From Dimorphilus gyrociliatus (Eukaryota; Animalia; Annelida), in contig CAJFCJ010000030.1 of assembly GCA_904063045.1 (NCBI GenBank), forward strand, positions 380,063 through 444,062: 64,000 bases of DNA. Direction: 5' to 3'. The notes beneath the pieces are model-generated. The model saw nothing but the letters and a program-made list of their open reading frames with translations, ran no database searches and had not been told where the DNA came from. Of the stretch, positions 1 through 12,400 are shown one piece after another. Each line of letters opens with the position of its first letter. Within the stretch, counting starts at the first letter, position 1. The position numbers were made by a program, and so were the translations under genes.

Positions 1-642
1 AAAATCACGAAAATACGAGTTTATTTCTTAAAGTGTAAGGGTGAATTTATTATCTCCGTTGGTTTATCATTAATTTAAAAAAATTGAATTATAGGAAATA
101 TTTATAGACCATTCAAGGAAAACGATTTATCCAAAATAGGCCAATACAAATCCCTTGCGTCTTTACCAGCTAACGGCTCTATTACGTTACAATACTGTCC
201 TTCTACCTCCTTCTTTCCCTTTCCTGTCATTTCTCTTTTTTTTGTTTTGTTTTACCGCCTTTTTAACACAAATTAGGTACAGATGTTTTTTTTATAGATG
301 TGATCAATCCTTGTGACGTCATAAAGACGTCGTTATAAGCGGCACTTTTTTTTAATTTACACAACATAGTTAAAGAGAGGTAATTGATGCGACGGCGGGA
401 CGCCGTCGTCTTGACGTTTAACCTACTTTTCGTTTTACGGGGAATTGAAAAAGAATGCGTTCGCATAATAAATTGTTCATTGTAACTAATTTTTGGTCAC
501 ACTTGAGATTTTACGATGGCACAATGTATATTGAATAATATATTACGTATAAGCTATAATAATATAACTTGAATTTCATGCTGCAAACAAAGTACAGTCG
601 TTAGTTAACAACACATAGGACAACGAGCTATTAGAAGACAAG

Positions 643-692
<50 letters not shown>
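643..692. repeat. (CA)n(TA)n compound microsatellite
   Basis: About 6 CA units followed by about 19 TA units, read directly. Confidence 0.95.
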
Positions 693-698
<6 letters not shown>

Positions 699-3578
699 CA
701 GCACATCATAATATGTTTATTCTTGTTAATATTATCAATTAGGTCAAAAGGTCGCCGCAAATATGTAATAATCAATTAAATACACTGTAATACTACAATT
801 AAATATGTTAGAAATTGCTTCCATACTTTTTTAATAGTTTAGGTCTGACTATTATCTAAAACAGCCAGATTTCTTGCGGATTTTTGCCAAGTGTTTAGAA
901 AATGCTAGACTCTTCTTCGAAGCTACTCTTTTCATAGTTTTCCATCTTCATAAAACTCTTATTCTATCAAAATCGTTTACGGACCAATAAAAGACCTTAG
1001 TTGGTGCAGAAAAACTCCCAAATCGATGGAAATTACTTGAAAAATGCCCACCAATTTCTATGAATAAAGCGTTCGGTCCGCGGAGGAATGAAACGCCAAG
1101 ATGAAGTATGAAAAGACCATAACTAACTTTCTCTGGAGAATTAATAGAAATTACGTAATATATGCATTAATATTTTTAGAATCCAAAATCAACATGACAT
1201 CGGAATGTTAGCTCCAACGAAAATAAAAAGAAAAGAGAAAACTAACATCTTCTTTTAAATGTTGTCAAAAATAGCGAAAAGGAAAGGACAAAAAGAGAGA
1301 AATCAAAAGGAGCTTAACAGCTGCTAACCACATGTGACTTCCAAGAAAGATCCTAGAACCCAATTAGCATCGAGCCCCTTCAAATCCAAAAGAGATTCTT
1401 TGTACCTCATCACCCCGCAAATTACCCTAATTGATGTTCAATTCATTTCTACTTTTGCCTCAATACATATTACGCATCAACAAGATGAGGGGCGGTGACA
1501 GAAGGCCATCTGTGTAGGTGGTATACATTTTCTTACTATAAACAGGTAAAAATTCCAACAAGTAAAAAGCGTAGATGGAAAAATTCTATCAAATAGAAAA
1601 AAGGATAAAGAAACGTGTTAAAAAGTAAGAAAAGCCGCTTATATTTTCTCACACTATGTTCAAAATGGCGGTATTGTCGACTTTAAATAATAAACTCATA
1701 AACTATAAAAATGATATGGAAAAAAGGGTCAAAGAGAAAAAAATCTGTCGTAAAACGAGACAAAGAGCTGTGTTTTAAAAAGGAAAAAAAACCTGTGCAA
1801 TATGGCTTCACTTACAGGGAAAAAAAGAAAAGGGAAAAGAGAAGGGTAGGAAGGGGGTTAAAAGTGTCCAAAAATCGAAACCCCGGTAGCCTTATAGCCT
1901 AAAAAAATTCCGCTTTGTTCGTAAAAGTTGAATATTGGGTTACGGACGCTGGATCCTATTTACAATGTACTTTTTTTTATAGGTATTAAACATTTTTTCC
2001 TGTTTGAAGTCATGTGTATATAGTAATAGTATACTTTGTTATTATTAGCGCTATGTACCAGTATTGAGTATCACCCATAATTTTTCATCATCTTAATTAC
2101 AGTGTAGACCAAAAAAAGTGTAGAAGAAGGAGAAACGTTTCTCTTCAAGATAAACGTACTCTGTTGGGAAATAAATATACATAGTATATAGATATATGTC
2201 TGTTTATACACAGTGATATATATATATATAACTGTATTTACGGTAGGAAGTCTCATATATACTTTACATGTTTTTCTTTACAATGCGAATAAGAAGGAAA
2301 GGATAGTATTCATAGTATAAAGAAAAAAATCAACAATAACAACAACAAGAACAACAGCTCAAGGGCTATAAATTAATTTGCATATTATTTGTTTATATCT
2401 TATTAATTGTTTACGAAATTTGATAACATTTAATTTAAAATTAATAAAAAAATCAAAGATTTAAAGTAGAAAGCAAAGCAAACAAACGTTGATTGAATCT
2501 AAAGAACAATGTAAAGAAAACAATATAAAGAATAAAGAATTAAAAAAAAATCTTTTAATTGATTTGGCGGGAAAAGATAGAAGTAAAGAGATAAATTTAA
2601 TTGAATGGGATATGAGTAAATAGGTGCAAATTTATGAATGAATTATTAAACGTTTAAGTATAATTTCTCATTCTGTCATCTCGTTTGTTAATTAGCTGCG
2701 ATTCTATAAAAATTGACAGTCAAATGAATTATTCAAAAAAGACGAAAGGTAATTTTTATTCCTTTTATATAATTAGAACACGAGGGTATACTTAAAGCTT
2801 TTGTTATATTATTTGGATAATAGAAGCACTGAGCTTGTATGCAAATTAGCTATTGCGGCGTAAATCACGTTCGTGAACGCCGAAAGAACTTATAAAGGCA
2901 TGAGTCGATTATGTAACGGCAATAGAACACCGGTCGAGTTGTGCAGCATGCACATGCCGTAATCTTGACCATGACGTCATAAAGTGTTAATAACGAGTGT
3001 CCAACACCTTAGCTGAGAACGCCCTCACGGCGGGAATTTTGATTTTTTCTATTCTTTCTAACAGACAGCCGGACGCTCGTTAAAGAATGTAATAACTTCC
3101 TTCGACACTACGCCATCTGTTGATTTTTGTTGACTGGTATTTTCGGTTTACTTGCTTGAAAACGTTAATTAAGCGCTTTTTGAAAGGTGAAGCGTCCTCT
3201 ATATTGAAAGTAAATGAAAATCTTTTCAACCATAAGCGTAATGCCACACGCGCAATCTAAAAATAGATTTTAAAAAGACGCCAAACGACGCCCAAAAATT
3301 CCAAAGGTCTCAGTATCTGATAGTTTATCGCGAGAAAAATACATCATACTCATTTTTAGTACATTTTTTAAAAGAAATCCGACAACCGAGAGAGCGGATT
3401 ATCCTAAATTTAAATATTTAAATTAGACTATGTAAATTAGTATAAACAATAGTCAAGAGTTCAAAATAATCTTTACATTGTTACCCAATTTATAGATTCG
3501 TTGGTATTACATTACTTCGTATTTTATTTGAATATAATAACGTTACGCAAAATATTATAAAAATGATAAAACTCAATT

Positions 3579-4542
3579 ATGATTGTTTATAGAAGCAGTA
3601 AACGTCAATTATTATCGGTTGGTGCATTTCTTTCTATATTAGTGATATATTATGGCGGAAAAAGTATATTAACGACAATACAACGTAACAAATATAGACC
3701 GGATTCCTTAGCTATACATTTGATACTGAATAAATATTTTCATAAACCGGCCTTTGGTCTACCCTTAAACCTTACAAATCCTTATAAGTACGATTATTCT
3801 GAGTATGGTCAATCAATTTACGTTGACGAAATTTTTGATGGGAAAGAAAATGGAACTTATATAGAATGCGGTGCTGGTGATGGAGAAACCTACTCTAATA
3901 GTTTATTTTTTGAAATTAGACGAAAATGGACGGGTGTACTAATTGAAGCAGGTATAAAGACTTATTATTATTATTATTAAGAAATTCCCAAGCTATATAA
4001 GACTTAATTTTTGCTTAAAAAAAGGAAGGAAAAATTACGATTTATTGAAAATGAAAAAAAGGAAAGCCATATTGATTAATGCCGCTTTAGGGAATAAAAC
4101 TGAATTGGTTAAATTCATAGAAGCTGGTTTTACTGGTGGAATTGATAAAAATATGGAGAAATCACATAAAAAATGGATTTTCCAAAATTTTCCTTATAAT
4201 TTGACAAATTCTAAGCAGCTTATTCAATCTTTTAGATTTATTGATATAATTGAAGCGGTTGGAATGAAAGTTGTAGATTATTTGATCTTAGATGTTGAAG
4301 GATCCGAGATAACTATATTGGAAACTATTCCATTAAGCCTATACGTTATAAATATTATACAGGTAGAATTTCTAGTTAAAATGGATGTTGAGAAAACCTC
4401 AAGAAAACTTGATAAGATCAAAGATATAATTCTGTCAACGAATTTATATATATATTTTGATATTATTAAAAATACTGATGCTCTCTTCATCCGAAAAGAT
4501 ATATTCTATGATTTTGAGAAGCGTTCAACCAAACCCTTATAA
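3579..4542 (+). CDS. Star-like type II membrane protein with FkbM/Methyltransf_21 methyltransferase-fold domain (2 exons)
   Basis: Exon 1 3579-3951, GT-AG intron 3952-4024 (73 nt), exon 2 4025-4542; the join is in frame (LIEA-G-RKNYDLLKMKKRKAILINAAL). N-terminal hydrophobic anchor QLLSVGAFLSILVIYYGG. FkbM-type motifs YSEYGQ, YIECGAGDGETYSNSLFFE..W.GVLIEA and VDYLILDVEGSE. Confidence 0.85.
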
Positions 4543-6611
4543 TTTCATTTCTAGCTGAATACTACTTATGTAAAGTACAAAAAATAGTGAAATAAGTTGT
4601 AAATATTGTGTTCTATCAATAGATGGCGTTTTGTTGCTTTAAACAATTTTCCTTTTCAAATATTTAATGGGACAGCCTTTTTACTGCTCCTGCAAAAGCT
4701 GTTGCATAGTTAGATTAAAAACCGAAAATTATACAATGAAGCGATTGTATAATCACCATGGGAACGTAAATTTTGTTCTTTCATCTCATCTAAATGATTG
4801 AAAGGAAAAAGAAGGGAATGCGTAACTACAAAGGTACAAATTATCTTTGGAATGCTACTTATTACAATAAAGCGTTTTAAGTAACAGATAATGAAAATTT
4901 GTTTGGAAAATAAAATAAAATACTATTAAAAGCTACTAATTGAAAGAGGAGAAGCAGAGAGAATGAAGAAAACATTCCTGGAATAGTATTACCATATTAC
5001 GCAATTGCATCAAACTATCTTCCTTTTCTTCTCCTGCAAGTTGAATAGAGCATAATTAATTAAGATGAAATCGTAAAAAAAAAATCAATATCGAAGCTTA
5101 AACTGAACTCAATTTCGATTGAATCTCTTTCATTCGTGCAAGCTATCAAGAATAAGGATTTCTATAGTAATTGAATAACCTTGTGACATGAGCTGACGTA
5201 ATAGTTCTTTAAAAGTATACTTTTATTGGAGATACCGTGACAATAGTTGCTGATTTATTTAAATATTTTTCTATTACAGTCTCCTTCTCTAACTAATCAA
5301 GTTTTGATCATTTTAGAATATTCGTATACTAATTTATTCATAATATTTAAAATTTAAATTCATTATAACGATTTTAAACAGTATAATGAAAATAACCTTC
5401 CTTTGTTCAGTCTCTTTATTTTTTTCGGCTTAGACGTTAAATGATGGAATTAGTCAAACACTGGTCTGATTAGAATAATGAATTATTGCTAAAACGGTAA
5501 TGGTTGAAGACACTGGTTCTTTATATCTGCCAATATGACATCAATAACGGAATACTTCAAACATAAAATCATGATAGAAATAGGTTCTCACTCATAGATA
5601 AACAAACTACAACTATGTGTTAAAATTGTTTGCATCAGTAATATCGAAATTTAAAGAATCCTAATTAAGTGATGTAAATACGCTTATCAGAATGGGAAAA
5701 TATTCTAAAGAAACTTCTTTGCTGTACTACTTTGTTATACGTGAAAAGCGAGTTTACTTTCAATTTTTATATAAGTTAAATATGTAATACGTTTTGAAGC
5801 AAAATCTATAAGTTAATAAAGTTATTCATTAAAAATAACTATATATATAAGGTCAAATGTTAAGTTAAAAAGAAAAAAGAGTCTTTTTTCAGAAATTGCC
5901 CTTTTCTCTTGTCATAAAATCAAGGATTCGTAAAATTTAGTTTCATCAATTTTTTACTGAGAAAAATTTTATAATAAACCCATGTTTCAGCATATTACAG
6001 AATATCTTTAAAATATTGAATTTGCAGTCTTTTCAGAGTCCAATACTTGCATATTTCAATAATGAGTTCAAAAGTTTAATAAAAGTGCTTTATTTGTAAA
6101 TTATATTTTAATTTTTATATTATAGTCTTATATATTACCCAATTTAATCTCTTTTAACATATTTATTATAATCTTCAAATATGTTGTCTGAGATAATACT
6201 TTTTAAGCTATTTTATTTGTACCCTATAACACTCAAGATGGCGTTAGCATACGATTAGTTTGTTATACTAGTTTTGTATTTCAGAACCTTTTTTTTGGAT
6301 TGTTTTTGTATTGTTTTTTTTCTTTCTAGTAAAGTATTTTGTCAACAATTTGTCATACAAAGTTGAAAATATAAAAATAACTTTTTTCAATCAAAATTGT
6401 TTCATATAACCAAAAAAGAATATCAATTATTCACAGATATAAATTTTATACTGTAGCATAAAATCATCAACAGTCTCTTCAATGTCATTAACATTGAAAG
6501 ATAAAATAATCTTTTTTTTATTTAAATAATATGAGAAATGTAAAAAAATAAAAAAAGTCATATAAAAGAAACAAATATAGCAACCATAATTTGCTAATTG
6601 ATTAGTGGTGT

Positions 6612-8353
6612 TCAATGGAAAAGTAGACAAGGGATAGACGATGATATAGCTAGAAGGAAAATGCTAAATTTTGTTTGGGTGCCTGATACTTCTGTGGTTG
6701 TCAAAATGGTTGGTTCAGTGGTTGGTTTAGTAGTTGGTACAGTGATTGGTTCAGTGATCAGAGTGATGGTTGATTTCGCAGTTAGTTCCGTTGTTGGTTT
6801 GGTAGTTGGTTTAGTTGTCGGAGTGATGGTTGTTGGTTCAGGAGCAATGTTAAAAAAGTCTTCGCATTTCGTCATAATCCAGTCGGGAACTTTAAAAAAT
6901 TAGACAAGTCATTAGGTTACAATATCTAATCAAATATGTAGTTAACCCTACTGGAAGGCAATCCGTCACTTGATGTACAAGTTTCTGGGGATTCATTGAG
7001 TTCACTTCGATCTGTAATAAAATCTTTTACTAAGGCTTCTGGAGGAGCTCCGAACTTCATCGCGCATTTGAAGCTATCAAGAACATCATCGGTTACAATA
7101 GCACATGCTCCAATTCTTGAAGCTGGAGCGGAAAAAGTGATCCTTGGCTCGTCAAAGGTTCCAAAGGTTAACGCCTTGTCGTCCTTATCAGTCATAATAC
7201 CTTTAGGTGCCCAGTTTCCGCTGTAGTCGTTAAAGCAAAAAGCAAGATTTTGGTTGTTACCTAAGTTTGCATGAGTTTTTCTTTTACAGTTTGGTATAGC
7301 TATTGAGAAACAAATTAAAGTGAAAATGTGTGTTTTAAAAACATATTGATATATACCCATAGCAACGACAAAAGCCGAATACGAATCAGTTAAATTGCCA
7401 TTTTTAAAACCAGAGCAAGAATATTTGCCGGTAAGGTAAGTTGCTGTTACCAGAACAGTAAGATCAAAAACGTTTGGCGTTGCGAATCGAAAAAGGTGTT
7501 TTAAGAAACTATAGACTTTAAATGAGTCTGAAACAACCACACCTATCCCAGTCTGACTTTGAATAAGTGAATAAATGACGGCGTCGTGATCATTTTCGTT
7601 AATATCGTTGCATCTTAATACTATTGATGTGTTAAGTCTGGCAACAGTATTGGCTAGTCTCGTATTCTTATCGGGAAGTTTTAAAAATTCCAGACAGCAT
7701 TTCTTTAAATAAGCTGGTACATTGGTGTCCCCATTAGCATGATTGTCACAAGTAGTTCCAGAAAATTCTGGAGGCTTAGCATGATAGCTTTTATCATGAA
7801 CAAGATCATATGGGGGAGATTCAAAATCAAAAGCACATTTGAACGACGCGTTCTTATCAATGAGAGCACAGGCTCCTACAGCTAAAATAAATAACAATCA
7901 ATTAGTTAAAACCTTTCTATTAAACTGATTTTATATACTCGAATATTTAGCGTTTGAACGACCAGCATTATCATCATGACTTGTAAATTGAACGAAATTC
8001 ATGAGATTGTCAACTGTCTCTATCTTTACTCTTGGTGCCCAATTTCCAGCATATTACGTATGGCAATAGCGATATCTTTATTTAGTTCATAGTCTTGATT
8101 CGGTACATCAACCTTCGCACACTTAGGAGTTTCATCTTAAAAATGAAAAAGTTTTAAACTTGTCAATACAGAACTGTCTTTGAATACAGCTGTGTTTACT
8201 GGGCGATAGCGCAGTTTAGCCCCATCACATATTACAATAACTGAAAAGCAAAGTTTTTAACTTTCATTTTAAAGTTAGAAATATAATAAAACTTAATAAA
8301 AACTCACTGGAGAAAGTAATAAAAATCCATTGAAATGCTTGGAACTTGAACAT
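6612..8353 (-). pseudogene. Disrupted third copy of the GPI-anchored Ig-superfamily gene
   Basis: Signal-peptide exon 8353-8308 is intact (MFKFQAFQWIFITFS). A 299-bp deletion at about 8170 removes most of the first Ig exon and its donor. A 1-bp deletion near 8068 (caatagcga versus caataagcga in the paralogs) frameshifts the next exon to TAA at about 8026. Downstream exons 7881-7357, 7299-6952 and 6889-6612 remain open. Confidence 0.75.
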
Positions 8354-9444
8354 TTTGTCGAGTTTCGTTCGAAAGTCTAGCTCCTTATGGTGCAACACAA
8401 TAAATTGTGAAAGAATTAGTTAATTTGTAGTTGTTTTTAGTTGGCTTTATATTTACTTCCTAAATTACAACTTAGATTAGATATTTTAATGACCCGATGG
8501 TTAAGATTACTTAAGTAGTGCGAAATAGATACAGTGATGAATAATTTACAATTTTGTATTCTCTTTTTATAAAGACACTTTTAGAACTGATAATAGGGAA
8601 TAATCAAAAAAAAGAAACTAAGTAAAGAAGTATTTATAACTAATTTACGAATAATTGAATACAAAACAATGAAAAAGTCAAGAGAAGGATGAAATTTTAT
8701 TGCAACGTCAAGAGATTTTACTATATTAGTATCATCATCATAATTTAAAAGTAGTTTCGATATAATTTTAAATTATTGTTTAACAAGTCTGTCTATACAG
8801 TAAAATAATAAATTCAATATATATAATGCTAAATGAAAACTGCCAAGGTGAATAAAAAAATAGTATTAGAAGAGAAGGTGTATTTGAAAATATTCTTCTG
8901 AAAGAGATCAATTTAAATTTCGAAGAACCTAAATAATTTTAAAAAGAAGAAATCTCAACCTTTAAGGGGTAACTTTGAAATCAGATAACATTTGAACTTT
9001 TCAAACAGATTTAATATAATCTTCAAATATATTGTCTGAGATAATACTTTTCAAGCTATTTTAATTACACGATAAAAGACTTAAGATTTTGTTAGCATAC
9101 GATTAGTTTTTTATAATATTTAAGAATCTTTTTTCGGATTTATTTTTTTATTTTCTTTTTTCTTTCAAGTAAAGTATTTTGTCAACAATTTGTCATACAG
9201 GAGTTGAAAATATAAAAACAACTTTTTTCAATCAAAATTGTTTCATATAGCCATAAAGGAATATCAATTATTCACAGATATATGGTATAAAGTCACCAAC
9301 AATCTATTCAATGTCATTAATATTGAAAGAGAAAATCATCTTTTTTATATTTAAACAATTTGAGAAATTGTAAAAAAATAAAAATAAGAGTCATGTAAAA
9401 AAAGCAAATATAGCAATCATAATTTGCTAAATAATTAGTTGTTT

Positions 9445-12400
9445 TCAATGGAAAAGTAAACAAGTGACAGAAGAAAATATTGCTAGAACGAAAATACTAA
9501 ATTTTGTTTGGGTAGCTGATGCTTCTGTGGTTGTCGAAATGGTTAGTTCGGTGGTTCCTTTGGTAGATAGTTTGGTGATAGATATGGTTGTTGGTTCGGT
9601 AGTTTGCTTGGTGGTTGGTTTAGAAGGTTGTTTGACAGTTGGTTTGGTAGTCGGTTTCGTAGTCAGAGTGATGGTTGGTTTAGTAGTTGGTACAGTGATT
9701 GGTTCAGTGGTCAGAGTGATGGTTGATTTCGCAGTTAGTTCCGTTGTTGGTTTGGTAGTTGGTTTAGTTGTCGGAGTGATGGTTGTTGGTTCAGGAGCAA
9801 TGTTAAAAAAGTCTTCGCATTTCGTCATAATCCAGTCGGGAACTATAAAAAATTACATAACAAATTAAGTTACAATACTTACTCCAATATGTAGTTAAAC
9901 ATACTTGAAGGCAATCCGTCACTTGATGTACAAGTTTCTGGAGATACATTAGGTTCACTCCTATCTGTAATAAAATCTTTAATTAAGGCTTCTGGAGGGG
10001 CTCCAAATTTCATTGAGCACTTGAAGCTATCAAGAACATCATCAGTTACAATAGCACATGCTCCGATTCTTGAAACTGGAGCGAAACTGCCGATCCTTGG
10101 CTCGTCAAAAGTACCCAAGGTTAACACCTTGTCGTCCTTATCAGTCATAGTAACTTTAGGTGCCCAGTTTCCACTGTAGTCGTTGAAGCAAAAAGCAAGA
10201 TTTTGGTTATTACCCAAGTTTGCATGAGTTTTTCTTTTACAGTTTGGTATAGCTATTGAGAAAAAAATTAAAGTGAAAACGTTGTTTCAATAACATATTG
10301 ATATATACCCATAGCAACGACAAAAGCTGAATAAGAATCAGTTAAATTGCCATTTTTAAAACCAGAGCAAGAATATTTGCCAGTGAGCTGAGTTGTTGTA
10401 TCCAGAACAGTAAGATCAAAAACGTTTGGCGTTTCGAATCGAAATAGGTTTTTTAAGTGATCATAAACTTCAAATGAGTTTGTAAGAATCCAACCTTCAC
10501 CAGTTTGACTTTGAGTAAGTGTATAAGCGCCAGCGTCGTGTTCATTTTCGTTAATATCGTTGCATTTTAATACTGTTGATGCGTCAAGTCTGGCAACAGT
10601 ATTGGTTAGTCTTGTATTCTTATCGGGAAGTTTAAGAAATTCCAGACACTTCTCCTTCAAATAAGCTGGTACATTGGTGTCTACACTAGCAGGATTCTCA
10701 CAAATAGTTCCAGAAAATTCTGGAGGCTCATCATGATAACTTTTGTCAAAAACAAGATCATATGGGGGAGCTTCAAAATCAAAAGCACATTTGAACGACG
10801 CGCCCTTATCAATGAGAGCACAGGCTCCTACAGCTAAAATAAATAACAATCAATTAGTCAAAACCTTTCTATTAAACTTATTTTATATACTCGAATATTT
10901 AGCGTTTGAAGGACCAGCATTATCATCATGACTTGTAAATTGAGCGAAATTCATGAGATTGTTAGCTGTCTCTATCTTTACTCTTGGTGCCCAATTTCCA
11001 GCGTATTCCGTATGGCAATAAGCAATATCTTTATTTTGTACATAGTCTTGATTCGGTACATCAACCTTCGCACACTTAGGAGTTTCATCTTAAAAAAGAA
11101 AAATTTTTAAATTTGTCAATACAGTAGTGAAAAACTGGAAGAATACACACCAATTGCTGAAAGATATGCATGATAGTAAGTGTCTCTGCTGCCATTACGG
11201 AACCCTACACATTCATACAATCCAGTTGTATATTCATCTACTTTTGTATTGAGAAGGTGATAGTTGTCGTCATCCGGTAGTTTAAATCTGCTTTGAAGGT
11301 GTATCAAGATTTCGTAGTTGTTGGCAATAATATAATGATCACTGGTTTGACTTGCTTTAAATACCCAATTTGTATATTCGTAATAACCTGGTGCATCTAT
11401 AGCTGAGCAATTTAAAAGTGCAGAACTGTCTTTGAATACAGCTGTGTTTACTGGGCGATAGCGAAATTTCAGAGGTTGAGTGGTTGGTTTGGTAGTTAGT
11501 TTGGTGGTCGGAGTGATGGTTGTCGATTCATGAGCAATGTTGAAAAAGTCCTCGCATTTCGTCATAATCCAGTCAGGAACTATAAAATATTAGACAAGAA
11601 ATTAAGTTACAATACTTACTCCAATATGTAGTTAAACATACTTGAAGGCAATCCGTCACTTGATGTACAAGTTTCTGGAGCTTCATTAGGTTCACTCCGA
11701 TCAGTAATAAAATCTTTAATTAAGGCTTCTGGAGGGGCTCCAAATTTCATTGAGCACTTGAAGCTATCAAGAACATCATCAGTTACAATAGCACATGCTC
11801 CGATTCTTGAAACTGGAGCGAAACTGCCGATCCTTGGCTCGTCAAAAGTACCCAAGGTTAACACCTTGTCGTCCTTATCAGTCATAGTAACTTTAGGTGC
11901 CCAGTTTCCACTGTAGTCGTTGAAGCAAAAAGCAAGATTTTGGTTATTACCCAAGTTTGCATGCGTTTTTCTTTTACAGTTTGGTGTAGCTATTGAGATA
12001 ATAATTAAAGTGAAAACGTTGTTTCAATAACATATTGATATATATACCCATGGCAACGACAAAAGCTGAATAAGAATCAGTCAAATTGCCGTTTTTAAAA
12101 CCAGAGCAAGAATATTTGCCTGTCAGCTGAGTTGTTGTATCCAGAACAGTAAGATCAAAAATGTTTGGCGTTGCGAATCGAAAGATATTTTTTAAATGCT
12201 CAACAACCTCAAATGAGTTTGTAAGAATCCAACCTTCACCAGTTTGACTTTGAGTAAGAGTATAAACGCCAGCGTCGTGTTCATTTTCGTTAATATCGTT
12301 GCATTTTAATACTGTTGAAGCGTTAAATCTGGCAACAGTGTTGGTTAGTCTCGTATTCTTATCAGGAAGTTTAAGAAATTCCAGACACTTCTCCTTCAAA

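Noticed and set aside
5420-5660. Conserved block in the duplicated 3' flank (also 15100-15340) with a GT..AG pair about 65 nt apart on the minus strand
   Set aside because: The putative reading frame is short, has an ATG in only one copy and has upstream stops. Conservation is explained by recent duplication.
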